Source: Chlorokybus atmophyticus | Taxonomy: Eukaryota; Plantae; Mesostigma and Chlorokybus algae | DNA: 64,000 nucleotides | Direction: 5' to 3' | Assembly: GCA_009103225.1 (NCBI GenBank) | Contig: RHPI01000575.1 | Location: forward strand, 171,527-235,526 | Shown here: positions 50,004 to 63,644 of the stretch, in pieces | Numbering within the stretch: position 1 is the first letter of the stretch | How the letters are laid out: the number at the start of each line of letters is the position of its first letter | The notes under the pieces: generated by a model | Databases searched by the model: none | The model's input: the letters and a program-made list of their open reading frames with translations, nothing else | What the model was told of the DNA's origin: nothing | Position numbers and translations under genes: made by a program

Positions 50004-50586
50004 GCCTTGTGCCCGCGCATACCAGCCTTCATCGAGCCTACATTGAAATCATCGCCTGGCCTACCAATGCGCGCGCATCACGGACCAGTAGCTAGGTCAT
50101 GACTCTATAGAGTAGCTCACGACCACAGCCTACATAGGCACCGCGCATAGCTGTTTAGTTGTGCGTTCAGTTATAAGTTGTGTCTCATATCGAGTGAGGA
50201 TTGCTGTAAAAATAGCCTCGATATGACTGTTAGCTTATGTTCTGAACATCATGGTTTAACTTGTATAAGTAGTCACAGTGTTCACCGAATCAGCCGGTGA
50301 CAATGTGAGTGAGAAAGCTAAGAGCTTGTGAAGCGACTTGAACTGCGGACACGCCATCCTGGTCATCAAGAATCCCCTCACTGTGTGAGAGCCTGTGCAT
50401 GCTCGTGTGCATCGTGCTTGTCGCTGTGAGCTTGGTGTGCCTGGTTGCAGTGTGTTTGTTGGCATCAGTTAGGGCATAGTACCCACGTGTTGCTTGCTCA
50501 TTCACCTCACTCAACAGTGTAACACATTTCCCGCTCATACAAGGAACTGTGTAAACAGCACTACCTATAGTTGTGGCTTGTTGACT
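50003..50586 (+). repeat. Diverged fragment of the DNMT-Gypsy LTR family (B segment plus ~15 nt of A)
   Basis: Colinear with the reverse complement of ~21350-21950. ORF 50290..50625(-) mirrors 21259..21621(+). Confidence 0.85.
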
Positions 50587-51573
50587 CACAGTGTCACCCT
50601 CTTTGCTCAAGTGAGTGCGTTGCATTCTGCATCAGATAGTGCAGTTTGCATCTGGGGACACATCCCTGTGCATTCGCTATCACTGTCATTACAAAGTGCA
50701 CACATAAGCACCAGTGTGGTGAGTGGTAGCGGCATCGAGACAGGCAATAGAGCACAAACACTCTACCCTGCATATACTTGCACATGTGGACTAGCTGTAT
50801 GAGCAGGCCCACCCCATTCTCTCCAATAGACGAGGGTGACCTTAGCAGCTGAAGCCCAACCTTCAATCTCGCCTACGAGCGGACCAGCGACGGGAGCAAC
50901 GATCGTAGCAGCAGAGGCTCGCGTTCTGTCTCCGACTTCACTCCGCTCCTGTCCACATCGCGGCATCGAGCTTCCCCACTCTCGTCCGACAGTGACAACT
51001 ACGAGATGGAGTCTTCCAGCTCAACCACGTCCCTGCGCTTTTCCAGACGTGCTGGCACTACCAAGCTGGACGAATTCATCATCAAGTTCCATTCCAAGAT
51101 GCGACAGCGGGCTCTGAAAAACAAAGACTGGTTAGATGAGATTTTTTTTCACATTGCTGCTTAGTATCTAGACCATGAAGCACATGATATCTGAAAGTCT
51201 GTTGCTAAATTGCATCGAGTTGATGGCTACGGCGAGCTCGCCAGTACCATAGCATCTGCGTCACTGCACAATTCAGCAATCGTCTTTCCACCTGCCACTC
51301 CCGCTGCAGTCACTCGGTTGTCCATAGCGGCAGCCATTGACAGAGCAGAGGAGGAGGAACCTGAGTTGGTGATCGTCAACCTGACCCCTGCAGAGATTGA
51401 GATCAAGACGGCCGCGCGACGGGCCTGGATCCTGGACCGTTCTGCTGCCATTCTTGAAGGTCGGACAACGAACTGCAGCCGTTAAGGTGGGCACACCCCT
51501 ACCTTTGAAAACACCTGGCTCTCGTGCGGGAGGCAATGCTTTCACCCTCTGGTCAGTCGCACTGCGCGCACCG

Positions 51574-53940
51574 TGTTGAGGATGTTCTTGTATCCGGTCA
51601 GCTCGCCCTGTGGATAAAAATAGCCGCGAGAAGATTCAGGCGCGAGAAGGTGCTAGTCGAGAAAGGCCCAGGCGAGGACTTCAATCGCGAAGGTTCCAGG
51701 CGCGGAGTCGAGTCCGGAGTCGAGTCTGGAGACTTGTAGGCGCTGTAGAAGAAATGTTGTAGCTCGGTGGTTACATCATTGTATGACGTGTCATAGCTTG
51801 TTGGAGAGCTCTTAAAGGTAGCTACAAGGTGCAACTTAGAGAGCAGGAATCGGTTGAGTGTAGAAGTCGTGGTGACTTCTACAGTAGACAGGTACAGAAC
51901 TGGCGGGTATAAAAGCCCGCGGTGTGACTTTATTGTAATCCTTAGAAAGCCTTTTTTAAGCAGCCTTGTGTGTATGCTATGGTAGAGTGTGTGTGCTTGT
52001 GCTTGCACCAACTGCATGCGTGATTAGTAGTGTCCAAATCTCCACAAGTTATGGGCCCACACTGGTGTATAGAGGCGTGATAACGGCAGTAGGCTAGGCA
52101 AGGAGTTCTAGCTGAGTCTTGTGAGGTTGGGGTGAGTCCTGGAAGATGGCAACTACGACAAGGTGACCGTGGAGCCTTTGGACGTGGACAAAAACAAATG
52201 GAGTGTGCGCATGAAGATGTTGCTGGTGCACAAAGACCTATGGGAGTACGTGAATACGGAGGAAGCGGATCCCATGAGGCAAAGCACGGTGTGGAAGCAA
52301 CAAAGTGGGAGAGCGCTTGCCCTGATCGGCCTCAACGTGAAGGACCATCACTTGGTGTTGGTAGACAGCTGCAAGACGGCACGAGAAGATTGGGAGAAGT
52401 TGGCATCGCACATCAAGGCAAAGATTAGCGCGAGGAAGGTGCAGCTAAAAAGAGAGCTTGCTGGGTTGAAGAAGCAAGGAGCAGCGGAGCCTATTACCAA
52501 GTATGTGTCGCGTGCACGAGAGTTGCAAAAGGACCTTCAAGGCGCTGGCTATAAGGTGAAAGAGTCCGAGTTGGTGTGACAAGCATTGTCTGAGTTGCCT
52601 GAAGACTATGACACGGTGATCACGGTCTTGGAGGGCTTGGAGGCAGAACCCACGGTGGACGAGGTGGTTCCAAGATTGCTGCAGGTGGAGTCAAGGCTGG
52701 CGAAGAAGCTTGAGGAAGGCCCGGAGGTGACGGCTTTCTTAGCGACTTCAGAAAGAGGTGCTGATCGTTTTCAGCATGGGTCTGGGCGTTTCAGCGGTGA
52801 TGGTGGCGGTTGTAGTAGTGGTGGAGCGTCTAGAAGTGACATGGTTTGCTACTATTGCGGGAAGAAAGGCCACATCAGGGTGCATTGCTCGATGAGAAAG
52901 CAGCACGAAGAGGAGCGTGGTGGAGAGAAGCATCATGCCATGACGGGACGTGTTCAAGAGACGCCTATTGCCTTTCCTGCAATAACGGATGGTGAGGCAG
53001 CCGGTTGGGTGATGGACTCGGGTTGCACGAGGCATATGACGGGTGATCGTGAGAAGTTGGCAAAGTACAAGGTCTTAGAGAAGCCAATCAAGGTGAAGAT
53101 TGGCAAGACGGAGGTGCTCGCAGTTGATGTAGGAGAAGCGAAGATCCTATCCCAGGTTGGAGGAAGGACGAGGCAAGTGTTGTTGAGAGAGGTGCTGAGT
53201 GTCCCAGGCTAGAGGCTAGCAGGCTAGTGTGCGCATCGCGGCGAGAGTTGGTGCTGTGACAGTGTTTAGTGGGGACATAGGAAGGGTAGTGCTGCAGGGT
53301 GTCACAAAGTTGGTTGGCATCAATGTTGGAGGGCTCTACATCATCAAGGAGGTCAAGGGTGCGGAGATGCACAAGAAGACCAAGGTGGAGGTGTCCAAGT
53401 CAGCACCGGATGTGAAGAAGATGAAGAAGAAAGCGCATGTTGTGCTTGTTGCTGAAAAGGGAGCGGGAGCTCAAGTGATGGTGACCAAGAGCGCGTCACA
53501 TGCAAGTGGTGGAGTGATGCCACCTGAGGAGGTTGCTGATGGTGTCGAGAAGGCTGAAAATGCAGTCCCGGAGCCCGTGGGAGCTGAAGCAGGCGTTAGC
53601 ATCAGCAAGGACAAGAAGGAGGAGCATGGTGGTGATGGTGTGCAGGACGTTGCCAAGAGTGAGCACGTGGGAGCACATGCAAATGACCATGAGAGTTGCA
53701 ACAAGGGTGTGCAAGTGAAGAGCTTCAAGGAGGCGCTCATGAGAGGTGCGGGAAGTGTCTTCAAGATGGTTGGAAGAGCAAAGGATGGCATGGGAGTTCG
53801 TCGCGCATGAGTACGCAAGGAGTTGGCATTGGAGGTGTTAAAGGCCACGCTGCCCGCGTGGGAGTGTTGACACTCTCTAGAGGCAGCAGTGGTTGTCGGC
53901 GCTGTCTTCACTGACGTCACACAAGGGGGAGAAGAGATTG
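51574..53940 (+). mobile_element. Ty1/Copia derivative: 5' LTR (51574-52046), PBS, gag, zinc knuckle and protease; no integrase or RT
   Basis: LTR ends TGTTGAG...CTCCACA; PBS AGTTATGGGCCCAC. Protein motifs are VEPLDVDKNKWSVRMKMLL..LW, CYYCGKKGHIRVHC, WVMDSGCTRHMTG and GGLYII, followed by an unrelated tail. Confidence 0.88.
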
Positions 53941-54780
53941 AGAGGGGGCCTGCACCAGCAAGAGGCTAGCATGACAGGCGGCAACGTGAGTACTTGGTGT
54001 GGGTTCAAGTGGCTTTCGCTTGCTCCTCGATTTGTTACTTTCAATCATTGCAAAATCGCCGATCGGCGGATTTGCTACTTGCGTATTGGGGCTGAAATGG
54101 GCTTGCCGTGTATGCACAAAAACACTGCAGTGAGCAAGCATGCCATGCATATGCATGCTTCAATGCAGGTTGTCCTCAAGTCAGGCTAAAATTCCGGCAT
54201 GTTGGAGGGCTATGCCACGTTGGTGGATTGCAGCCGAGGTAAGTTTACGGTACCGACGCCGTCGGTAGTACTAGACGCTACTGGTTAGTGACTAACATGC
54301 ACACGACCACTTGCCAAGTGTTATGTTGATACCATGTCATGGAATTGACATAGCCGTAATATTGATTGCATACGGTATATGACAATCATTACAAATATCA
54401 TGCAACCATGCCAACATTACCCACCATAATCACGCACCATGCACTGTAGGGTGTGGGTGGCACCCACAATTTCTCTAATGTGCATGCTGCCTTTTGTCGA
54501 TAATGCATGTACGCCGACAATGTGGCTGAGGTGCATGGCAGAGAAGGAATCCACAATCACAACAACGACAGCACTTGCAACTAGGCGTTGCTTGTATTTG
54601 TATTAATATTTGCGAGACAATGCGTGGGCTGCGCAGAAGGCAACATGTTAACATGGAGTGAGCTATTGATGCACAGCATGCGCATGTCGGTAGGAGAAAT
54701 GTCCTCCAGAACTGCGTTTAACACCACGGCTCGCGCTCAACTACACACAGAGATGGCATGAAGCCGCGGACGCTGCTCGC

Positions 54781-55472
54781 TTGCAGCCGGATTCGGCCGG
54801 AGGCGCAGGCCCGGGTGCTTGGTTGACGGCCATCCCTGCGCGCCTAGATCACGGCATGTCGGACTCGGAGTTCCGCACAGCCATGCGTCACATGCTTGAC
54901 TGGCCGCACCCACTCCTGGCACACGTGCAGCTTTGTCCCTATGCTTATCAGCTCATCAGTGCACGCGACAATCATATGACGTCTTGTATGCAGCGCATAC
55001 TATGCGCCACTAAGCACCTTGCATTGTGACTTACAACGCTGTGCGCGACGCTGTTGCTGGCATCATTCAAGAGGTGAGCTATACAATCGAAGTGCTCCAT
55101 CTCCGCGAGGGTGGGCGTCACAGTCGTTGCATGGACACCATTGTTTTGAAGCAGAGTCGAGACTCGCGCATGCTTCTCGACGTCACCATCACACGCAGCT
55201 ACTACCTAGCGGGATCAGCTGCACAGAGTGTGGAGCGCAAGAAGCGCTCCAAGTATGCGGACTTTTTCCCGACGGACACGCGGACCCCGTTGGCAATCAA
55301 GTTGCCAGTTGGATGGGTCGCCCATGAATGGAATTGTTGGCCCCTTGTGCGCGCTAAGCATTGGATTATTGGTTGGAGAGACGCGATACTTTTCACGCTT
55401 TCTGACTCCTTTCCGCCTGTCACGCCCTTAGAGCTGGCGAAGGTCACTCTCTGTCACTTACTTTATTGGTAA
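54781..55472 (+). pseudogene. 3' end of an RLE-type (CRE-like) non-LTR retrotransposon
   Basis: GAWLTAIP..MSDSEFRTAMRHML, a C..H..C zinc-finger relic, YNAVRD, MLLDVTI, AAQSVERKKRSKY and TPLAI fit a restriction-like endonuclease tail. Confidence 0.75.
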
Positions 55473-56892
55473 GAATGTGGAAGTGTGCTACTCATGTGGA
55501 TTATGTGGTTCATGTGGACTTATCGCTTGTCGAGCTGTGTGGTGCTTGATAGGTGAACCACACGGACACGTCCTAGTCTCTTTATGATTCTTCGTCAGTG
55601 CTACACAAGGCATTGATATGCGCTAGCCGCTCTGTGACGGAGCTGATCAGTGCCTACAATGGTCATGTAAACCTTATGTCACAGTGTTATGACAATGGTT
55701 ATCCATCGATGATGACCCTGAGACAGCGATGAGCTATCAATGGCAGTTTACGTCAGGATGATGTTGTATGTCATTGTGTGTCTGCTACAGGCAGCAGCAA
55801 GCTGTGGATGGCAGACTGTGTTGTCATGTGTTGAACAGTCCGAGGTTGATATCCTATGATGGGACAAGTCCCGTATTAACATGTAGCCTTGGAAAAGTGT
55901 CCTAGGGCTATGTTGATGTTTCTGAGGTAATAAGTCACCTCAATAATGCTATCGAGGTGGAGTTTAATGTTGCCTATGTAAGGAAATGTCATGTGTACAG
56001 GCCAGCGCACAGTGACAACTATGTTGACCTTGGACGTTGTGTATCAGGTCGGAGAGCAACAAGTGAAGTATATAAGCTAGTGTAAGCTTACAATAGGTAT
56101 CATGTGAGGTGCCCAACGAGTACCAACTTGTGTGTGGGGTGCCTGGTTAGGAGCTGTTGGAGGGGCTCTCCCCCCCTACCACCTTGTGGGGGTAGTGTGT
56201 GCGCGTGTGGGTGCGTGTGAGTGTTTGGGAGCTGGGGGTGAGTGGTGATCATCCCAAGCTCGTTCCTTGGTGCGGTGCTGCTGGTCTACCTCCTGGGTGC
56301 TGCATTGATGTGCTTGGTAAATTCCTTGTGTGAGTGCACAAATCTACAGGTGCTATCAAGCAGGTAAGTAAGTGCCATGTGTTACACCGCCAGCGGAAAT
56401 CGGTCAAGTTCCGGCGAGCGCTGGCTACCGCCACAGCGCTAGTTGCAGCTGCAATGCATGCATGCCCCTCCTTGCGCGTGCACGATAGACAGCATGTAGC
56501 TCTTGAGGACATTGCTCGTGTACAGCCCACTATATGATTGTGTTTCGGTAGCATAGCGTTGAACACTACACACGACAACCGCCGATTGGCATGCGTGTAA
56601 TGCATTCACTCCTTAAGGGGAGGGAGCATTATGTTGTTGCGGGTGCCAAATTTGAGCAAAATTGCACGCACTGATTTCCACATTGCTGCGAAAGCAACGC
56701 TCAAGTTGTACTGACTCAACGCACCATCAATTCGACTACCAGATCAGCCTAGTAGCTACTTTTCTTGTTGGCATGCCCACATTGAGTCTGCTCCTAGTGT
56801 GTAACTTCCTGTTGAACACACCCACCAGGCGAGTTACCGTAACAAGTGTGACAAACTTGCTTAAGAGCAACAGCAGACACAGATTGAGTCCG

Positions 56893-58480
56893 CTAAGCTA
56901 AGGGGGGGCAGCAGGTGGTGTTGAGCAACCAACAAGGCTCAACACTGGCAGTCGCAACATCTTCCAACTGGGGTAAGAGTAGGACTACACTGACCTGCCT
57001 AGCATAGTGATACACACGAGCAACAAGACCAGCAGCAGCAGCAGCGTGTGCGGAGGCTGCACGCCAGCAGCCGAGTTGCCGGTAAAGTGCGGGCCGGACG
57101 CTCGCGGTCACATTCACCGTGACATGGCCGACCTGTGAACCCGTTACCGTCGCAGCCAGCTCGCGCCGCGCCCAATCGCTCGCCACCAGCACCAGGCGCA
57201 GGTGGCTGCACGTGTACGACTTCGCGTCGTTGTTGAGGACGTGCTTCCCTGCCGATGGTTGTTGTCATCATCAATTTCATCGTCGTCATGGTCACCACCA
57301 TGACCGACATCATCATCATCATCATCACAAGCACCATATTCACACCTGCGCGTGGCTTCGGCTATGCGTTCGAGTTTTTTCGTGCGCTCCAGTGCCCGTT
57401 TCAACTCAGCCGCTGCCCGCTGCTCCTCAGCCACCCTCACCGTGTGCGTAATCTGCACACAGCACGCGCGTGCGTGTGTGCGCGTGTGTGCAGTCTCATT
57501 CTTGTTGAGGGTGAGCGGGTGGTCCGTCGACCAGTCCAGCAGGTCCTCATTGGTGAGATATGCTGCCCCGACGGTGGAGAAACTCTGACTGCCCGGATCG
57601 GTCGCGACTATCAGCGGGCGGAGAGTACCGCCATGCGAGGAAGGGATCTGCCAGATTGCCAAGTGTCACTACGTGTGTCGCGCGTGTGTCGGTTTGCTAA
57701 TTTGTGCGAGCATAACACATGTGCAGTAACGCCAGTGTGAAGCGCGTGATAGCACGCACATGCAAGCGGGTAAACACACAACACCCACAATCTCTTATAC
57801 CAATGCATGTTGATTGGATGCAAGCAACAGCGCATGCATCGGGAGCCAAGTGCACCTGCGAGATGGAATCTCCCTGCACCACGTAGAGAATCAATAGAGA
57901 CAATGTGCGGGAAGTATAGTTGTATTGCAGCTGCAAAGTGCCCCCAAAGCCTGCTGGCGAGATCCCGGCGGGTAGTACTCCACGTCATACGTGACCTGCA
58001 GGACTTCATCGACGCCAGTGCCCACAACCTGTCGCAACACATAGCCCTTGAAAATTACTTATCGACTCATGAAGCAAGTGCTTACGTAAGACATGTGTAT
58101 CTCCCACCTGCTGGCTGGCATACACTGTAGCTGTCTTTAATCCGCCATCCTGTTCCAACTGGAAGATGTACCCGTCCCACGTGCCCGTCAAAACACCGGA
58201 TTGTAGGTCCACTGTCGCGTAACTTGTTGCAACAAAAAGGACTTGGTTGTTAAAATTGTACCCCGCGAACAGCGCGACAAAACCAGCACGATGTGCAGAT
58301 ACAAAGGTCAGCATGGTACATACAGGAAGAAAACATTTGTGTTACAAGAGCGTTAGTCACACACCTGGGTTCGTTAGATTAACGCGAGCAGTGATATCTG
58401 GCTCGTTGGGGTAGTCAGGAAGGTTTACAATCTGAATCTGCTGTGCTGGACCCCACGAGAGTGGGTTTGCATCTGTCCTC
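56893..58480 (-). CDS. Multi-exon gene of unknown function, beta-rich, possibly extracellular; 5' end unresolved
   Basis: Exon-like blocks, several with clear AG/GT ends: RTDANPLSWGPAQQIQIVNLPDYP, GVLTGTWDGYIFQLEQDGG, VVGTGVDEVLQVTYDVEYYP and IPSSHGGTLRPLIVATDPG. No family recognised. Confidence 0.45.
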
Positions 58481-60525
58481 TGCAATAAACAACAAGAGGG
58501 TGAGGACTTACTGTGTTCATAACCACACATACCAGGAGCACAAGACAACATCCCACAACTCCCAAGTAACACGACCGGCGCACACGTTATGTCAAGTTGT
58601 ATTACCTGCAAAATGTTTGCTGAGTTGTAGAAGGCTCTCAGAGAGCTCAACCAACGACCGCCTCCACCCACATGACTTGGGTATGAAGCGGAGTAGTCCG
58701 ACACTTTTCTGGGGAAGTAAATGCTCATGCCCAACACGTACCCATAGGGTTGTGGAAGATGGAGTGGGCAAAAGATGTTGCCTTACAACTGCAACATTGC
58801 ACTCGATGAGCGTCTTCCGGCGCTGATCAAGCATCCAAGCTACGTGCAATGGGGAATGAGTGGGACAAAACCAAAAGGAATAACCGAGGAACACTTCACT
58901 CAACTTCAAACCACAATCAGCCGAATATGCGAGTAGAACTTTGTGGTCGTACAGCTGTGCATTGCTAGCTTCTAGCTTGCTGACCAACAGGCTGTTTGCT
59001 TACAACAGTGACAAACCACCGATGGCAAGCCACGAGTTGAACTGTGCTGCTGTGCAGTGCCCACCGCGTTGCATGGGACGGTCTAGCAAACTTGTTTCGG
59101 TCACTACTAAACAACTGTATACAAACAAGCGGCTTGCGCATGCATGCACGTGCATAGCAACCAGCCTAAGCGTGTGACGCAGCTGCTATGCGCCACACAA
59201 GAGCCGTCAACGCTCATTCCAAAGGTGGTGCACAACGTGCATGCCAGGTTTGAGCTGTGCTACGATGCGTGATATGTAGCTAGCGTTACGGTTGCGTAGG
59301 TCACAATCGCGCATTGGGCGTCCAAAACCCTTGTTCACTGAGAGTGGTCACTTACTCTCTTAACACGCAGAAACGACCAGACAACAGCAATGCTTTTGGC
59401 AGCTTCGTTTGCAATGCGGCTATGTGGCGGTGAGCTGCTCACGCAGGCGAGCAACGCTGACGATGCTGTTTCTCAGCGTTGCTGTTATGCTTGATGCTGA
59501 TGCTCGCTCTTAGTACTGCTGCGGTAATTGGAAGCCGTGGTGGCAGGACGGTGAGAACCGTTGCTACGGTAGAGCAGCTGCTGGGTGCACTGTGCTTAAA
59601 GGCACTGTGTATGTTAGCATTGTTTCTGCTACTGGCCGGGTGAGATTGAGCAAGCTGAACTTGCTGCTTCGAGGCTGTGTGCATGCTGTTGCCATTGGGC
59701 TGCTTTTCTGTGCGGCTAGGCGCTTGCGTGCCTGCGTGCACCCGAAGCTCCTGTATGCGTCTGTGTGTGTGACTGCGCGTTTATAGATGCTTGCACTTGT
59801 GTGCGTGAGCAACACTCCACATTATGATGTACTTCCGGTAAATGTTGCTCGAGCATGGTGGAGGCGCGAGGGGACTGCGGCTCCGGCGGGGGCGAGAGGG
59901 CTGAGCATTGGGAGCAGCAGGAGAATGATCCTGCACAGCAGCACGATCATCGGCGCCAGGAATCCCAGCAAGTTCACAAGTTTACATGTACCTGACTTGT
60001 TTGTTTAAGGCTCATCAGCGCACAAGCCCGGCGGCATTTCTCCATTCTTAAACCAGGCAGGCAAGCATGCATATGTTTGAAATGGTGTGCCTGCACATGG
60101 TGTCCGGATCCAATTTGCCAGTTTCGCATACATACTGTGCAAAACTGTATGTACACTGATCAGATAGTTGCATACAATTGTGATTGCATGCTCAAGAACA
60201 TTGTCAGCTAGTCAGTAAACCCTGCATGCACTGTCACAGAGCATGCAACGGAGTTGGTGTCGCATGGCGCTAATAGAGAACGTAAATTGTGCACGTGTTC
60301 ATGGACATGCAACTATCTGCGACAGGTGCTTGGATGCACATTGACCAGACAGAGTCTGTTTCACTTAGCAGGCCATTACCAAATCCCTGTCAATGCCTAT
60401 TGTGCGTACTACAAATGCCACGAAGAGCAAGTTTGTCGGGCGGCATCGCAAGGGCTTTAGCCGGATAACAGTTCAGCTAGATGGGTAAACAGGCTTCTGT
60501 ATAACAAGAAAGCAGCAACATTGAC

Positions 60526-61256
60526 CTAGCAGGATTTGCCAATGGGTTTGGTACTAGTGCCGCAGCAGATGTGGGTGAAGGTGTTGTAAGCGATACTGCC
60601 GCAGCAGTTGGCGTTTAAGGGCTGAATGTCGACAACATTGTTGCAGCAGATGTGGTTGAAGGTGTTGTAAGCAACACTGCCGCAGCAGGCAGCGTTCAAG
60701 GGCTTGATCTTGACAACGTTGTTGCAGCAGATGTGGTTGAAGGTGTTGTAAGCAACACTGCCGCAGCAAGCGCCATTTAAGGGGTTGATCTTTACAACGT
60801 CGTTGCAGCAGATGTGGGTGAAGGTGTTGAAAGCAGAACTGCCGCAGCAGTCGGCGTTTATGGGCTTGTTCTTGATGACCTTGTTGCAGCAGATGTGGGT
60901 GCTGGTGTCATACCCTCGACCGTTGCAGTCGGCGGTGGTCAACTGGCGCCGCTCAACGCTTGCATGGGCCAGCCCGCCTCCTGCTAATCACACCACGCTT
61001 GTCAGATCGTCCCAGCGCTCTGCCAGCCCCTTCTACGGTCAGGCAATGGCACCAACACACACATACGCACACACACACGCGCACGCACGCACACACACAC
61101 ACACGCATGGACACCCAGCGGCAACACTTGCTTACCTGCAGCAGCGTCGGAGTCAGCGGCAGCAAAGAAGGCGCAGCAAAGGGCTGGCAGAAGGAGCAGT
61201 AGGCAGACAGGCAGACGGGCCTTGGAAGGGGTGCCGGGACGCACGAGCGAGGCCAT
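60526..61256 (-). CDS. Secreted galaxin-like di-cysteine repeat protein, 2 exons (61256-61136, 60980-60526), 191 aa
   Basis: Signal peptide MASLVRPG...CLLLLLPALCCAFFAAA. A phase-1 intron (GTAAG...CAG) restores the frame. It carries ~4.5 repeats of CCGSxAYNTFxHICCNxVVKIxPLNA (~30 aa). Confidence 0.88.
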
Positions 61257-61340
61257 GGCGAATGGATGAGGCTGGGCTGGAGAGGGCACTTCAAACAGCC
61301 TGCAGTTGTGCCACTGAGTAAGCACATAGATGTATTACAC

Positions 61341-61342
<2 letters not shown>

Positions 61343-61430
<88 letters not shown>

Positions 61431-61455
61431 NNNNNNNNNNNNNNNNNNNNNNNNN

Positions 61456-61502
<47 letters not shown>
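61343..61502. repeat. (GA)n microsatellite spanning an assembly gap (N at 61431-61455), just upstream of the galaxin-like gene
   Basis: Seen directly. Confidence 0.98.
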
Positions 61503-61506
<4 letters not shown>

Positions 61507-63593
61507 TACCACCTTAAGGCGCACTTCCGCCGACACAGACACACTGCAGCCACCGCGTCACTACCGACGAGCTTGGCCTCTTCATATACTCGCAATGTCG
61601 GTAGCTATGCAGGCGCGACTCGGCCCCGAGTCCGCTCGGCGTGGCGGTGCCTCCGGTACTTTTCGTAGGCAGGCACACGGGTTGCAGGCTGCAACTTGCA
61701 GCCTGCAGCCAAAAACACTAGGCCTATCATGGATATTTTGAAGATGCTGACAGGATGGGATGGTCTCTGCTCCCGTCGCCCCATCGCTTGTTCCAATTGG
61801 TTACTAGGTGCGGTTGTACCCGCAAAACGAACGTGTCCGCCAACCAGCACAAGTCACGTAAGCTACACCGTATCTGGGTTGAAACACGGAGCGGAGGTGC
61901 TCCGCTGTGACTTTTCGATGCAGGATATAAGGCCCTAGGCCCACCTGTGGGCGTGGTAATCTTGCTAGGAAGAGCACAGGGTGCTGCAACGCGGCGCGCC
62001 CACGTCGCGAGTTGCGACGCCGCCAGATGAATGCGTGCATCGAACGTCCGACCAATTGGCCGCCGTGCGATCAATTGATCAGACGGTCGACCGCGATGAT
62101 TCTGGCGGCCGGCTGCCAGTTGACCGGCATGGTCTCGTTGCTCGGCCGATATTGACCATGAACGCCTACAAGTAAGGCCGATTTGCACCGGTTTAATTCT
62201 GAAACTGAGCGACACGACCTGCCCCCCGTGATAGTGGCTGCCATGACACTGCATGAGAGCCATAAGCAGATTCATACATAACTATTATTATATATTTGAA
62301 CATGTGATGTTGGGCAACCGTTCTAGCGTGGCCGAGATTGGGTAACGAGGTGATTTAGGTGGCTTAGCAACTTCATTTACTTATTCGTAGCTTAGTTGAA
62401 CTTGCATGTGCAGCATATAACATTGCAGCTTGCCATAAGCGAGAGTTATCTAACTCACTTGCATTTATGAGAAAAACTCTCAGAATCAAATCGTCACCAA
62501 CTTGTTTCATTTGCATAAACTACTTCAATGGATCAAGTACACGATATCGCCAACTTTCAATCAATTACTCATATTTCGTCATATCCATTGCATAAGATTC
62601 CGCAACTTTGATGCCATTCGTACATCTGCGTCATAAACAACAGTGTTAGAATTATGATTGTTGATGCATCTTATTAACCAAAACATAAAAACGTGGCATG
62701 TGCGTGCAGTGCAATGCGCGAGTGTGGGTGTGACTGAGTGCAAGTGTGGGCGCTGGTGCCATGCAATCGTGTGTAGGTCAATGTACGTTTGGTGTGCAGT
62801 GTGTGCGTGTGTATTTGTGTGCTTCAGTTGGTGTGTGTGCATGCACGTGTGTGTCAATCGGTGTGTGAAAGCGCTGCTGTGTGCTTTTGTGTGCGTGCAC
62901 ATGGATACGTGTGTGCGCGTGTGTTAGACATCTGCGTGTGCAATAACATGCGGTGCAATGCGAGTGTCGGTGAATACGTGTATGCGCACAATTCTGTGAA
63001 GTGACAAATAAGAACGTGCGTGTCCCTGCGTGTGTCACTCAATGTGGGTCAGGTGTGTGCATTTGCGTGCGTGCAGTGCAATGCGCAGGTGTGGGTGAGA
63101 TCCAGTGTGTACGCACGCTTGTGTGCACACAAGCACGTGTGTCAATCAGTGCCATGGATTGACAGTAGTAGGCCTGATGTGCAATGTGTGCGTGTGTATT
63201 GTGTCTAATGATTGGCGCGTGTGCGTGTACTAACTTACCTAGCGCGACGCCGTGGCTCTGGCAACTGCCGGCCGTCGCCGCTACGGCCTATATGGCGGCC
63301 TGCTCTGCGCCCTGGTCAGCCTGGTCCGTTTGCGTACAGTCTGTGAGCTTGTGCGGCAGTAGCGCCGACCAGAGCTGGCATACCGCACATGCTTTGAGCT
63401 GTGCTCACAAGCATTTTTGCCGCCGCCGCCGCCGTCATCAGTGCAGCCATTGCCGCCACTTGGCCACAACTCTTAGGCGAAGAGGAGAGGACGGACTGAA
63501 GACGCTGACGGTTCTGAAACGCCGACGGAAGTCCAACCGCCGACAATCGACGGGCCGGCGGTCGATGGGCCAGCTTGTGGGCCACGGGAAGCA

Positions 63594-63644
63594 GGAAGCA
63601 AGCCTTCCTCACCTTGCTCAGCAAGGTGAGGAAGGCTTGCTTCC
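63594..63644. repeat. 51-bp palindrome (25-bp perfect arms, 1-nt spacer)
   Basis: GGAAGCAAGCCTTCCTCACCTTGCT-C-AGCAAGGTGAGGAAGGCTTGCTTCC. Confidence 0.95.

Noticed and set aside
50594-51560. Gag-like ORFs after the LTR fragment
   Set aside because: Several stops, no PBS and no diagnostic motif.
62579-63208. Cys/His/Val-rich ORFs on both strands
   Set aside because: Products of (GT)n/(CA)n-rich low-complexity sequence.
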